Origin: Planctomycetota bacterium
Lineage (GTDB): Bacteria > Planctomycetota > Phycisphaerae > Tepidisphaerales > Tepidisphaeraceae
Length of the DNA stretch: 64,000 nucleotides
Assembly: GCA_038746835.1 (NCBI GenBank)
Contig: JBCDKH010000002.1
Coordinates: 1,624-65,623, forward strand
Reading direction: 5' to 3'
The position numbers and the translations under genes are program-made. This document shows positions 45,637 through 54,122 of the stretch, in pieces (the stretch's first letter is position 1; the number at the start of each line of letters is the position of its first letter). A model generated the notes under the pieces. It did not search any database, had not been told where the DNA came from, and saw nothing but the letters and a program-made list of their open reading frames with translations.

Positions 45637-45638
45637 GG

Positions 45639-46157
45639 TCAGGCGTCTTCGCGACGCCGGGCAAAGACGTGGAACTGGTGGCGAATCGGCTCGAACCCGA
45701 GTCGGCGGCACAGCGCGTCGCGGGCCTCTCGAAGCTCGGGCGCATCGACGCGAACCACGTCGCCCGACTCGGCATCGATCAGATAATCGCCCGGCTCACG
45801 CGGACCCGACGGATCGGCCACGCGCTCGAAGAAGCCGTGTCGACCGCCATCGAAGGTGATCTGGCGAATCAGCCCGGCTTCCTGAAGGTGGCCCAGCGTG
45901 CGGTAGACCGTTGCCCGACTGCCGGAAAGCCCGGCCTGGCGCAGATCTTCCGCGACGCCGTCAGCGTGGAAGAGCGTCTCGCGTCGCAGCACGGTGTCGA
46001 GGATCGCCGCCCGCTCGCGTGTGAACTTGAGCCCGCGACGGCGTAGGAACGAGCGGAACGTCGCACACGCCGGCGCGACTGATCGATCCGGCCCCTGCTT
46101 GTCCGGCAACCGCGGCAGCGGGTCGAGCTTCAGCACCGTCTTCGTCTGATCCGCCAT
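45639..46157 (-). CDS. Fur-family-like transcriptional regulator lacking the canonical His/Cys metal ligands
   Basis: Within ORF 45639..46253. The first 32 codons of that ORF are repeat-derived, so ATG 46157 is chosen. Winged-helix core ..FTRERAAILDTVLRRETLFHADGVAEDLRQAGLSGSRATVYRTLGHLQEAGLI... No HHxH or CxxC motifs follow. Confidence 0.7.
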   Translation of the reverse strand: MADQTKTVLKLDPLPRLPDKQGPDRSVAPACATFRSFLRRRGLKFTRERAAILDTVLRRETLFHADGVAEDLRQAGLSGSRATVYRTLGHLQEAGLIRQITFDGGRHGFFERVADPSGPREPGDYLIDAESGDVVRVDAPELREARDALCRRLGFEPIRHQFHVFARRREDA

Positions 46158-46191
46158 GACACAAGCGTATCCGCGCAGAAGTTCGACCACT

Positions 46192-46285
46192 CCGTCATCC
46201 TGAGCGAGCGAAGCGAGTCGAAGGACCTCGTCTGACCATCGTCGCTGAATCACCGCGAGGTCCCTCGGCTTCTCTCGGGATGACG
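46192..46285 (+). repeat. Palindromic intergenic element, family A, copy 5
   Basis: CCGTCATCCTGAGCGAGCGAAGCGAGTCGAAGGACCTCG-TCTGACCATCGTCGCTGAATCACCG-CGAGGTCCCTCGGCTTCTCTCGGGATGACG. Confidence 0.95.
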
Positions 46286-46308
46286 CGTGATGTCCGTAGC
46301 CTCACGGC

Positions 46309-47658
46309 GTGTTTCGTCGCGCGCTCGCTCATCTCCACGAAACGCTCGGCCCGGCAATGTTGGTGGTGGCGGGAACGACGCTCGTGGCGGCGGTGGCGTT
46401 GGTGGTGATGCCGACGCGTGACGCTGCCGATCAGCGGTTTTGGACGTTCGCCGCGACGCACGCCGAGGCCGCGGAGACGGCCAGCGGTGCGTTTCTGACC
46501 GAGACGGGCCGGTCGTACGACGTCACCGTCCTGCCAAGGCAGGCGATGGACCTTCGGCTGACGACGTCGCTCGACTCCGACTCGACCGCCCTTCCCGACG
46601 TGCTGCAGCTCGATGCGGCCGCGGCGACGAGGTTGCTCGATCGCGACGGCGGTGTGCCGTTCCTGCCGCTGGACGATCGACCGGAGCTGGCGGAAATCAT
46701 CGCGGCCACCGTACCGAACCGCCTGGACCTCTGGCGTCGCGGCGGCCGGCTGTATGGCCTGTCGGTCGACGTCCACCCGGTTGCCCTCGCCTACCGCATC
46801 GACCTCTGGGCCGAGGCTGGCCTCGACCCGACGCAGGCGGCGACGTGGCCTGAGCTGGCAGAGCTGTGCCAGCGCTACACCGCGTTCCACGATCGTCCCG
46901 CCCTCGAGTTGAACCCGACGTCCAGCGAGCACGCGACCCTGCTGCTCCAGCAAGCGCGCCCCGACGCCGAAGCGGCAGCTTCGGGTCCGATGCTCGAACA
47001 CGACGCCCTCGACGACGTCCTCCTGTTCCTCGCCAACCTCCTCGCGACCGACGTCGCCGCCCCCGCGACCCGCGGCCACGCCCGCTGGGCCCGCGACTTC
47101 GCCGCGGGCGACCTCGGCATCCTCTGGATGCCCGACTGGCGCGTCGCCTACCTCCGCGCCGCCGCCCCCGAACTCGCCGGGAATGTCGGCCTGATGCCGC
47201 TGCCGCGGTGGTCCGACGCCGGCCCGAGGACCGCCGGTTGGGGTGGGACGATGCTGGCGATTCCCGCGAACACGCCGGACCCCGACGCCGCGGTCGAATT
47301 GCTGGCGTTCCTTGCGGCGGGCGAACCCGTCGTGGAGGCACGTCTGGCGGGGACGGACATCGTGCCCGCGATCGGCGACGACACGCTCGACGTTGAGGCC
47401 GACGATTACTTCGCGTCAGGTCCGCCGCGAAGCTTGTACGCCGAGCTTGCTGCACACGTCGAAATGCCGCGACCCACTGCCGACTACCTCGCGGCCGCGG
47501 GACACGTGGGCGTGATCCTCTCCAGCACGACGGCCGATCTGCGGGCTGAACTGCCCGAGGCCGAGGTTTTCGAGCGACTGCAGAACCGTCTCGCCGCCGC
47601 CCAGGCCGACGTCAACCGGCGGCGACGAACGCCGCGCCGGGGGCACAGACGACGTTGA
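46309..47658 (+). CDS. Membrane-anchored extracellular solute-binding-protein-like protein (family-1 SBP-like)
   Basis: 449-aa ORF with an N-terminal TM (GPAMLVVAGTTLVAAVALVV). Motifs ..RLYGLSVDVHPVALAYRIDLWAEAGLDPTQAATWPELAELCQRY.. and ..GWGGTMLAIPANTPDPDAAVELLAFL.. resemble sugar-type SBPs. Confidence 0.6.
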   Translation: MFRRALAHLHETLGPAMLVVAGTTLVAAVALVVMPTRDAADQRFWTFAATHAEAAETASGAFLTETGRSYDVTVLPRQAMDLRLTTSLDSDSTALPDVLQLDAAAATRLLDRDGGVPFLPLDDRPELAEIIAATVPNRLDLWRRGGRLYGLSVDVHPVALAYRIDLWAEAGLDPTQAATWPELAELCQRYTAFHDRPALELNPTSSEHATLLLQQARPDAEAAASGPMLEHDALDDVLLFLANLLATDVAAPATRGHARWARDFAAGDLGILWMPDWRVAYLRAAAPELAGNVGLMPLPRWSDAGPRTAGWGGTMLAIPANTPDPDAAVELLAFLAAGEPVVEARLAGTDIVPAIGDDTLDVEADDYFASGPPRSLYAELAAHVEMPRPTADYLAAAGHVGVILSSTTADLRAELPEAEVFERLQNRLAAAQADVNRRRRTPRRGHRRR

Positions 47659-48091
47659 TCATCTGCCCTTCCTCGATGATGCCGTCGTTCAGGTCAATCG
47701 CGTGATCGTCCGCTGGCAAGTCGACGATGACGTTCGCACCGGCCCGCACCGTCACACGCCGGCCCACGCCCGTCTCGACGACCTTGGTCACCCGGCCCTG
47801 CACGATCCGCGGTTCGCCCATGATCGGCTGAATGAACGCCCCGCCCGTCGGCACGGTGTACACCTTTCGCGCTTTCACCAGCACGTATCCCTTGAGCGGC
47901 TTGCCAACGGTCGCCGTCAATCCGCCGTCCGGCTCGCGAAGCTGGAGCTCGTACGTCGAGCCGCGTGGTTGAAAGACGACCACGCCGCCCTTGTTCGACA
48001 GCAGTCGCCCCAAGTCCGGCTCGAAGCCTTCGACGACGGCAACGGTCTCACGCGGCTGCTGGGCGGCTTCACTCTCGGCGGTCGTCGTCAT
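47612..48091 (-). CDS. Hypothetical beta-rich protein
   Basis: 159-aa ORF with normal-looking composition. I recognise no family motif. Its 3' end overlaps the convergent SBP-like gene by 47 nt. Confidence 0.55.
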   Translation of the reverse strand: MTTTAESEAAQQPRETVAVVEGFEPDLGRLLSNKGGVVVFQPRGSTYELQLREPDGGLTATVGKPLKGYVLVKARKVYTVPTGGAFIQPIMGEPRIVQGRVTKVVETGVGRRVTVRAGANVIVDLPADDHAIDLNDGIIEEGQMINVVCAPGAAFVAAG

Positions 48092-48166
48092 GGTCGAGCG
48101 ACTCTATCGGCATGTCGCAGACGCAGCCAGACCGATGCGTGTGATGTTGAACTCGAAACCTGAGAT

Positions 48167-48260
48167 CCGTCATCCTGAGCGAGCGCAGCGAGTCGAAGGA
48201 CCTCGTTTGATACGCGTCGCAGACCCAAGCGAGGTCCCTCGGCTTCACTCGGGATGACGG
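48167..48260 (+). repeat. Palindromic intergenic element, family A, copy 6
   Basis: CCGTCATCCTGAGCGAGCGCAGCGAGTCGAAGGACCTCG ... CGAGGTCCCTCGGCTTCACTCGGGATGACGG. Confidence 0.95.
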
Positions 48261-48287
48261 AGTGAACGAGCGTCGCGACTTGGCAAC

Positions 48288-48638
48288 TCACCCCGGAGGC
48301 CACCCCAAATCCCGACCTGCCAGCACGTGGACGTGCAGGTGAAAGACCGTCTGCCCCGCCCCAGCACCGGTGTTGATGACGGTGCGGTAGTCGTCGTAGC
48401 CCGCCTCCTTGGCCACACGATCGGCGACGACCATCAGGTGCCCCAGCGACGCCGCCTTGCCGTCGGCCGCCATGTCTCGAAGGGACGCGAACGGCTCCTT
48501 CGGCACGACCAGCACGTGCAGCGGGGCCTTCGGGTCGACGTCGTCGAACGCGATGCAGACGTCGTCCTCATGCCTTATCGAGGCGGGAATCTCGCGGCGG
48601 ATGATCCGCGTGAAAATCGACGGTGCGTCGTCTGCCAT
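48288..48638 (-). CDS. HIT-family (histidine triad) nucleotide hydrolase
   Basis: 116-aa ORF. Motifs ..PLHVLVVPKEP.. and ..GAGQTVFHLHVHVLAG... Confidence 0.9.
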   Translation of the reverse strand: MADDAPSIFTRIIRREIPASIRHEDDVCIAFDDVDPKAPLHVLVVPKEPFASLRDMAADGKAASLGHLMVVADRVAKEAGYDDYRTVINTGAGAGQTVFHLHVHVLAGRDLGWPPG

Positions 48639-48662
48639 CGATACATCCTACCGCACCACCAA

Positions 48663-48686
48663 TCGGTACTCGGTACTCGGTACTCG
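48663..48686. repeat. Heptamer tandem repeat (TCGGTAC x3.4)
   Basis: TCGGTAC TCGGTAC TCGGTAC TCG, in the 73-bp divergent region between the HIT and PpiD-like genes. Confidence 0.9.
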
Positions 48687-48711
48687 TCTGCCTCCTACCC
48701 TTCCCGTCCTC

Positions 48712-50724
48712 ATGGAGAGCAAGTTCGGCAAGATCGTTCTCGTGGTCATCGGCGTCGTGCTCATGATCACCTTCCTCCTGCCCGCCGGCATGCAGCAGTT
48801 CGCCGGCCAGGTCGGCGACGTCGGCTCGCTCGACGGCAAGAAGGTCGAACAAGGCCACCTCCGGCAGTCCGTCGGACTGATGGAAGCCGCGAGCAACATC
48901 CGCTTCGACGGCGTGCCGTTGCCTGTCGCCGCCTTCGCCTCGCCCGACCTGCAGCGGATCAACCAGATGGCCCCGTTCATGGACCCACTGCAAGTCCAGC
49001 AGCTCCAGGCGGCCACCGTCCAGCAGGCGGCCAGGCGGGTCGATCGCCTCGTCGAAGATCCAGTCACGCTCTTCCTGCTCCTCCAGGAAGCCCACGAGCT
49101 CGGCGGCGTGCCGTTGGCCGACGTCGAAGAGGCCATCCGCGAAAACGGCGTCGTGACGATGGCCAGCCAGGACGGCACCGGCACGCCGCAGCAGGTCCAG
49201 TTTTCCCGAATCGCCGGGGCCGACCTGCGGCTGACCTACCTCAGAGCGGCCAAGGCGGCGTACGACATCGCTCTCGCCAGCCGCCGGCACGGGGACGTGG
49301 TCAAGCTCAGCAGGCCTTTCGCCGAGCGCAACGTCGCCGCTGAGCAGCAGGAAGTCACGTTCCGCGCCACGCCCGTCGCCTACGACGAGTTCGTCGCGAC
49401 ACAGCCCGACCCGTCGGCCGAGGCGATCGAGGCGCACTTTGCGACCTTCCGCGACGAGGTCCCCGGCCTGGTCAGCGCTAACAACCCGTTCGGCTTCGGC
49501 TATCGCCAGCCCGATCGCGTCGCCCTGACCTACATCATGGTGCCACGCGTCAACGCCCGACAGAAGGTGCTCGGCGAGCTGTCGGCCCAGACGATCGCGG
49601 CACGCGAGTTGGAGTTCTTCCGCTACTTCAAGGAAAACCGAGCCTTCTTCCCGCCGCCGACGACGCAGCCGAGCACGCGTCCGACGACCCGGCCGACAGA
49701 TGCGATGTCGCCGCTGTTGAAGGAGGAATCGCCCGGCGTGGCGGAGTTCCTCGACAAGCAGGCCGCCGGTTACGTCGAGGCCGGTCGCAGCGAAGACGCC
49801 GACGAGTGGAACGACTTTGTGGCTGTCCATGACGACGTGGTGGAACAGCTCGTCGCCGAGCGAACGCGGAGCTTGTTGGAAAACGCCGCCGCCAAAGTGC
49901 GGTCGCGGCTGGTTTCGGCCGGCCCGGAGCCGGATCTGCAGAACGTCGCCGACCAAGTCGAGCGCGAGGTCGGCGTGGCGTCGACGGTCCTCGACCTGAG
50001 CGACGATCTGCTGGCCATCAGCGATCTCGCCCAGCCCGGCCTCGTCGGACCAATCGCCGAGGCCGGCATCGGCAACGCGATCTTCGCCCAGTACGTTGCC
50101 GCCTTCACGCTGCCGTTGCTCGAAGGTGCCCGACAGGAAGAGGCCGCGTCGTCGAATCAGGCGATCGACGTCAATCGTCCGGCCCCGATCATCGCCAACC
50201 GCAACGGCGATCGGTTCGTCTTCCGACTCACCGCCGCCGAACGTGCCGCGCCGGCTGAGAACGTCAACGACGTGGCGGACGAGGTGATTGCCGACCTGAA
50301 GCGGATGTCGGCGATGGAACAGGCCGAATCGCAGGCGGCCGAGGTGCTGGCCGCCGGTCTCGGCGATGCCGTCGTCGTCGGCCCGCTCACGCTCAACCAG
50401 GGTTTGAACGAGGACCTCGCCGACTCTCTTGGCCTTCCGGAGCTGGACGCCGCGGCGAGGCGCGATCTGGCCGTCGGACTGGTCCGCCTGATGAGCCAGG
50501 AGGAGCAACGCGGCACCATCGCCCTGCCGACGATCGGCGTGGCCGTCGCGGCCGAGCTCGACGCGGTCTCGCCGCTCTACACGGATTCGGCCCAACAGTC
50601 GGGCCTGGTCGCCAACGCCCGCGACCGCGCCGCAAACGCCGCCGCCCGGAACGCGGCGTTGATCGAGGACTACTTCGACCCCGAAAGCGTCGCCGCCCGC
50701 ACCGGCTTCGAACCCCGGCGGTAG
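48712..50724 (+). CDS. Membrane-anchored periplasmic chaperone-like protein (PpiD/SurA-N-like); no PPIase motif recognised
   Basis: Within ORF 48409..50724, ATG 48712. MESKFGKIVLVVIGVVLMITFLLPAG (N-terminal anchor) is followed by ..VGSLDGKKVEQGHLRQ.., as in PpiD-type proteins. The upstream part of the listed ORF is antisense to the HIT gene. Confidence 0.6.
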   Translation: MESKFGKIVLVVIGVVLMITFLLPAGMQQFAGQVGDVGSLDGKKVEQGHLRQSVGLMEAASNIRFDGVPLPVAAFASPDLQRINQMAPFMDPLQVQQLQAATVQQAARRVDRLVEDPVTLFLLLQEAHELGGVPLADVEEAIRENGVVTMASQDGTGTPQQVQFSRIAGADLRLTYLRAAKAAYDIALASRRHGDVVKLSRPFAERNVAAEQQEVTFRATPVAYDEFVATQPDPSAEAIEAHFATFRDEVPGLVSANNPFGFGYRQPDRVALTYIMVPRVNARQKVLGELSAQTIAARELEFFRYFKENRAFFPPPTTQPSTRPTTRPTDAMSPLLKEESPGVAEFLDKQAAGYVEAGRSEDADEWNDFVAVHDDVVEQLVAERTRSLLENAAAKVRSRLVSAGPEPDLQNVADQVEREVGVASTVLDLSDDLLAISDLAQPGLVGPIAEAGIGNAIFAQYVAAFTLPLLEGARQEEAASSNQAIDVNRPAPIIANRNGDRFVFRLTAAERAAPAENVNDVADEVIADLKRMSAMEQAESQAAEVLAAGLGDAVVVGPLTLNQGLNEDLADSLGLPELDAAARRDLAVGLVRLMSQEEQRGTIALPTIGVAVAAELDAVSPLYTDSAQQSGLVANARDRAANAAARNAALIEDYFDPESVAARTGFEPRR

Positions 50725-50761
50725 CCAGCGGACGCAGACCGGTCTACCCTGTCCCCGCGAC

Positions 50762-52134
<1,373 letters not shown>

Positions 52135-52270
52135 AAGTTGCTCACACTACCGCAGTGATTCGGATAACCGCGGCTCGTCGAGCTACTGGTCCAATGTCGC
52201 GAACGAACATTCCAGCGCCTCGACCTGCGGCTCGTAGAGCCGCGGCTAGGACACTCGTTAGACTTTCGAC

Positions 52271-52618
52271 GTGCGTTTCGCCATGTCTGTCGTCTTGCTG
52301 CTGGTCGCCACGGGGTGTCGTCCCGGTGCGTCATCGGAGCCGTTGACGGACAGCGACCCGATCTTCGTGATTCCGGCTGTTGCGGATCTGTCGGATGACG
52401 GGCGCGACGGGGAGTCGAACCGGGCACTGTTCGATTTGCTGTCCCACCCGGACGCGGCCGTCCGGGGGGTTGCTGCTAGCAAGCTGCGGGCGCGGGGGTT
52501 TGAGGACGACGCGGGGTATCGGTACTGGGAGGACGAGCGGGTGCGCGAGGATTCCGTGGAGCGGTGGCGCTCGCGCGCGGGGGTGTCGGGCGCGGAGGCT
52601 TCCGAGCGCGACGGGTGA
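52271..52618 (+). CDS. Small lipoprotein-like hypothetical protein
   Basis: 115-aa ORF (GTG 52271 or ATG 52283). MSVVLLLVATGCRPG looks like a signal peptide plus Cys. ..LLSHPDAAVRGVAASKL.. is HEAT-like. Confidence 0.55.
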   Translation: MRFAMSVVLLLVATGCRPGASSEPLTDSDPIFVIPAVADLSDDGRDGESNRALFDLLSHPDAAVRGVAASKLRARGFEDDAGYRYWEDERVREDSVERWRSRAGVSGAEASERDG

Positions 52619-52721
52619 GGTGGTCGGGACGGAGTCCGACGGCTCAGACCCGGCTCGACGCTGCGCTCTGAGCACGGCTTCGTCCGAACTCGGAGTGGTT
52701 CCGAGCCGATGACGCACGCGC

Positions 52722-53141
52722 TCACGCTGCGGCTTTGAGTTGACGCTGCTTCTGCAGGTAGTCGTCGACGGCTTCGCGGACGATGCTGGCGAGTTCGGTC
52801 GGACCCTCCATCGCGGCCTGGTTTTGCAGGGCGAGAAGCTTGAGGGCGACGTGCGTCGTGCGGGGGACGCGGACGTAGATGGCGGTGGTGCCCTCGCCGG
52901 GATTGATGGCGACGTCGAGCTTGGCTCGGCGGCGGTCGTCGGAGTCCGTCGCGGCGGGCTTGGCCTTCCGCTTGGTCGGCTTGGCCGGCTGGTGCTCGCT
53001 GTCGGCCGGGGCTTCGGGCTTGGCGACGACGGGGGCGAGCGAGCGGAGCAGTGCGTCGGCATCGACGCCGCCCCGCTTGCGTGGCGCGGATTCAGGCCGC
53101 GGCGAGGAGGTGTCGGTCGGCATGGGCGTAGTCGGGTTCAT
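52722..53141 (-). CDS. Ribbon-helix-helix (ParG/CopG-like) protein with a disordered basic N-terminus
   Basis: 139-aa ORF. The C-terminal ..TAIYVRVPRTTHVALKLLALQNQAAMEGPTELASIVREAVDDYLQK fits strand-helix-helix. It overlaps the parA 3' end by up to 50 nt. Confidence 0.65.
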   Translation of the reverse strand: MNPTTPMPTDTSSPRPESAPRKRGGVDADALLRSLAPVVAKPEAPADSEHQPAKPTKRKAKPAATDSDDRRRAKLDVAINPGEGTTAIYVRVPRTTHVALKLLALQNQAAMEGPTELASIVREAVDDYLQKQRQLKAAA

Positions 53142-53793
53142 GGTCGAAGAGTTCTTGGAAAAGCTTGTCGAAGTCGGCCGCTGCGGCGCCGGCGCCCCGA
53201 TCCGTCGGGGCGTCCTCGGCCAGCCGCTGCGTCGTCGTCGAGAGCGTCACCGCCTTGGCGACCGCGTCTCGCATGCCCAAGGCCGTCCTGGCCAAGGGGT
53301 AGTCCATCGCCCGCAGTGCCTCGCGGACGGTCTTGTGCAGGTTGCCCACCGTCCGCACGAAGTTCAGCACGAGGTGGACGTCGATCGGCCCGCGGCCGTC
53401 GGCCTCGCGGGCCTGGGCGACTTTGTCGATCGACTGCTTCGTCTCGATGGTCGCCTGAAGGTCGAGCGTCGTCGGACGCGTGGGAATCAGGATCTTGTCG
53501 GCGAAATACATCAGGACGTGCGTCTGCTCGTTGAGCCGAGGGGCCGCGTCGCACACGACGTCGTCGTACTCGTCGGCGAGTTCTTCGAGCGTGGTGACGA
53601 GCCCGCGTGCGTCGAGCACGCTGCGGCAGTCGATCGACGGTTCGGCCCGCTTGAGCCAGCGGGCAGCGGATTGCTGCGGGTCGTTGTCGATGAAGCCGAC
53701 GCGTCGGCCTTGATCGACGAGGTGCACGGCCAGGTGCACGGCCAGCGTCGTCTTGCCGGCCCCGCCCTTCTGATTGACGACGGCGTGGATCAT
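53092..53793 (-). CDS. parA: ParA/MinD-family ATPase (short ParA without an N-terminal HTH)
   Basis: 233-aa ORF. Deviant Walker A MIHAVVNQKGGAGKTTLAVHLA and ..VGFIDNDPQQSAARWL... Confidence 0.88.
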   Translation of the reverse strand: MIHAVVNQKGGAGKTTLAVHLAVHLVDQGRRVGFIDNDPQQSAARWLKRAEPSIDCRSVLDARGLVTTLEELADEYDDVVCDAAPRLNEQTHVLMYFADKILIPTRPTTLDLQATIETKQSIDKVAQAREADGRGPIDVHLVLNFVRTVGNLHKTVREALRAMDYPLARTALGMRDAVAKAVTLSTTTQRLAEDAPTDRGAGAAAADFDKLFQELFDHEPDYAHADRHLLAAA

Positions 53794-53850
53794 GCCCCTT
53801 GCATCGGCACACCGGCCGCCGACGCATCAGTCGACTTCGTCGGCCGTGCT

Positions 53851-53901
53851 AGCGCGATATCGCGCTTGCGGGCTATGCCGATCGCGAGATAGCTATCGCG
53901 A
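53851..53901. promoter_or_regulatory. Palindrome cluster upstream of parA (candidate operator/centromere-like site)
   Basis: Perfect 16-bp palindrome AGCGCGATATCGCGCT (53851-53866). Perfect 10-bp palindrome GATAGCTATC (53888-53897). Three ATCGCG(A) cores lie within 50 bp, 58-108 bp upstream of the parA ATG. Confidence 0.5.
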
Positions 53902-53941
53902 TAGCGGTGTGGCTCGATTGCTGTAGGCGATGAAGGCGATT

Positions 53942-54106
53942 GGCTAAACCGCGAAGGGGCGAAGAAGCGAAGAGCCGCGAAGATTCACGAACGCCATCGA
54001 GAACGTGCGGTTCGACATTGGAGAGCTCGCGTGTTGAAGATCTCCTCTACTTACTCTGCAGTCTGCTTCGCGGCCCTTCGCTTCTTCGCCCCTTCGCGGT
54101 TCAGCC
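53942..54106. repeat. Long inverted repeat, family D (41-nt arms, 83-nt spacer)
   Basis: GGCTAAACCGCGAAGGGGCGAAGAAGCGAAGAGCCGCGAAG (53942-53982) pairs with CTTCGCGGCCCTTCGCTTCTTCGCCCCTTCGCGGTTCAGCC (54066-54106). 39 of 41 positions are complementary. Confidence 0.9.
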
Positions 54107-54122
54107 AGCAGCCTCCGCTCTC

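Noticed and set aside
24302-48260. Whether the six near-identical ~94-bp repeats form a CRISPR array.
   Set aside because: The spacing is 1-13 kb with genes in between. The units are internally palindromic and three times longer than CRISPR repeats. One copy is inverted, and there are no cas genes.
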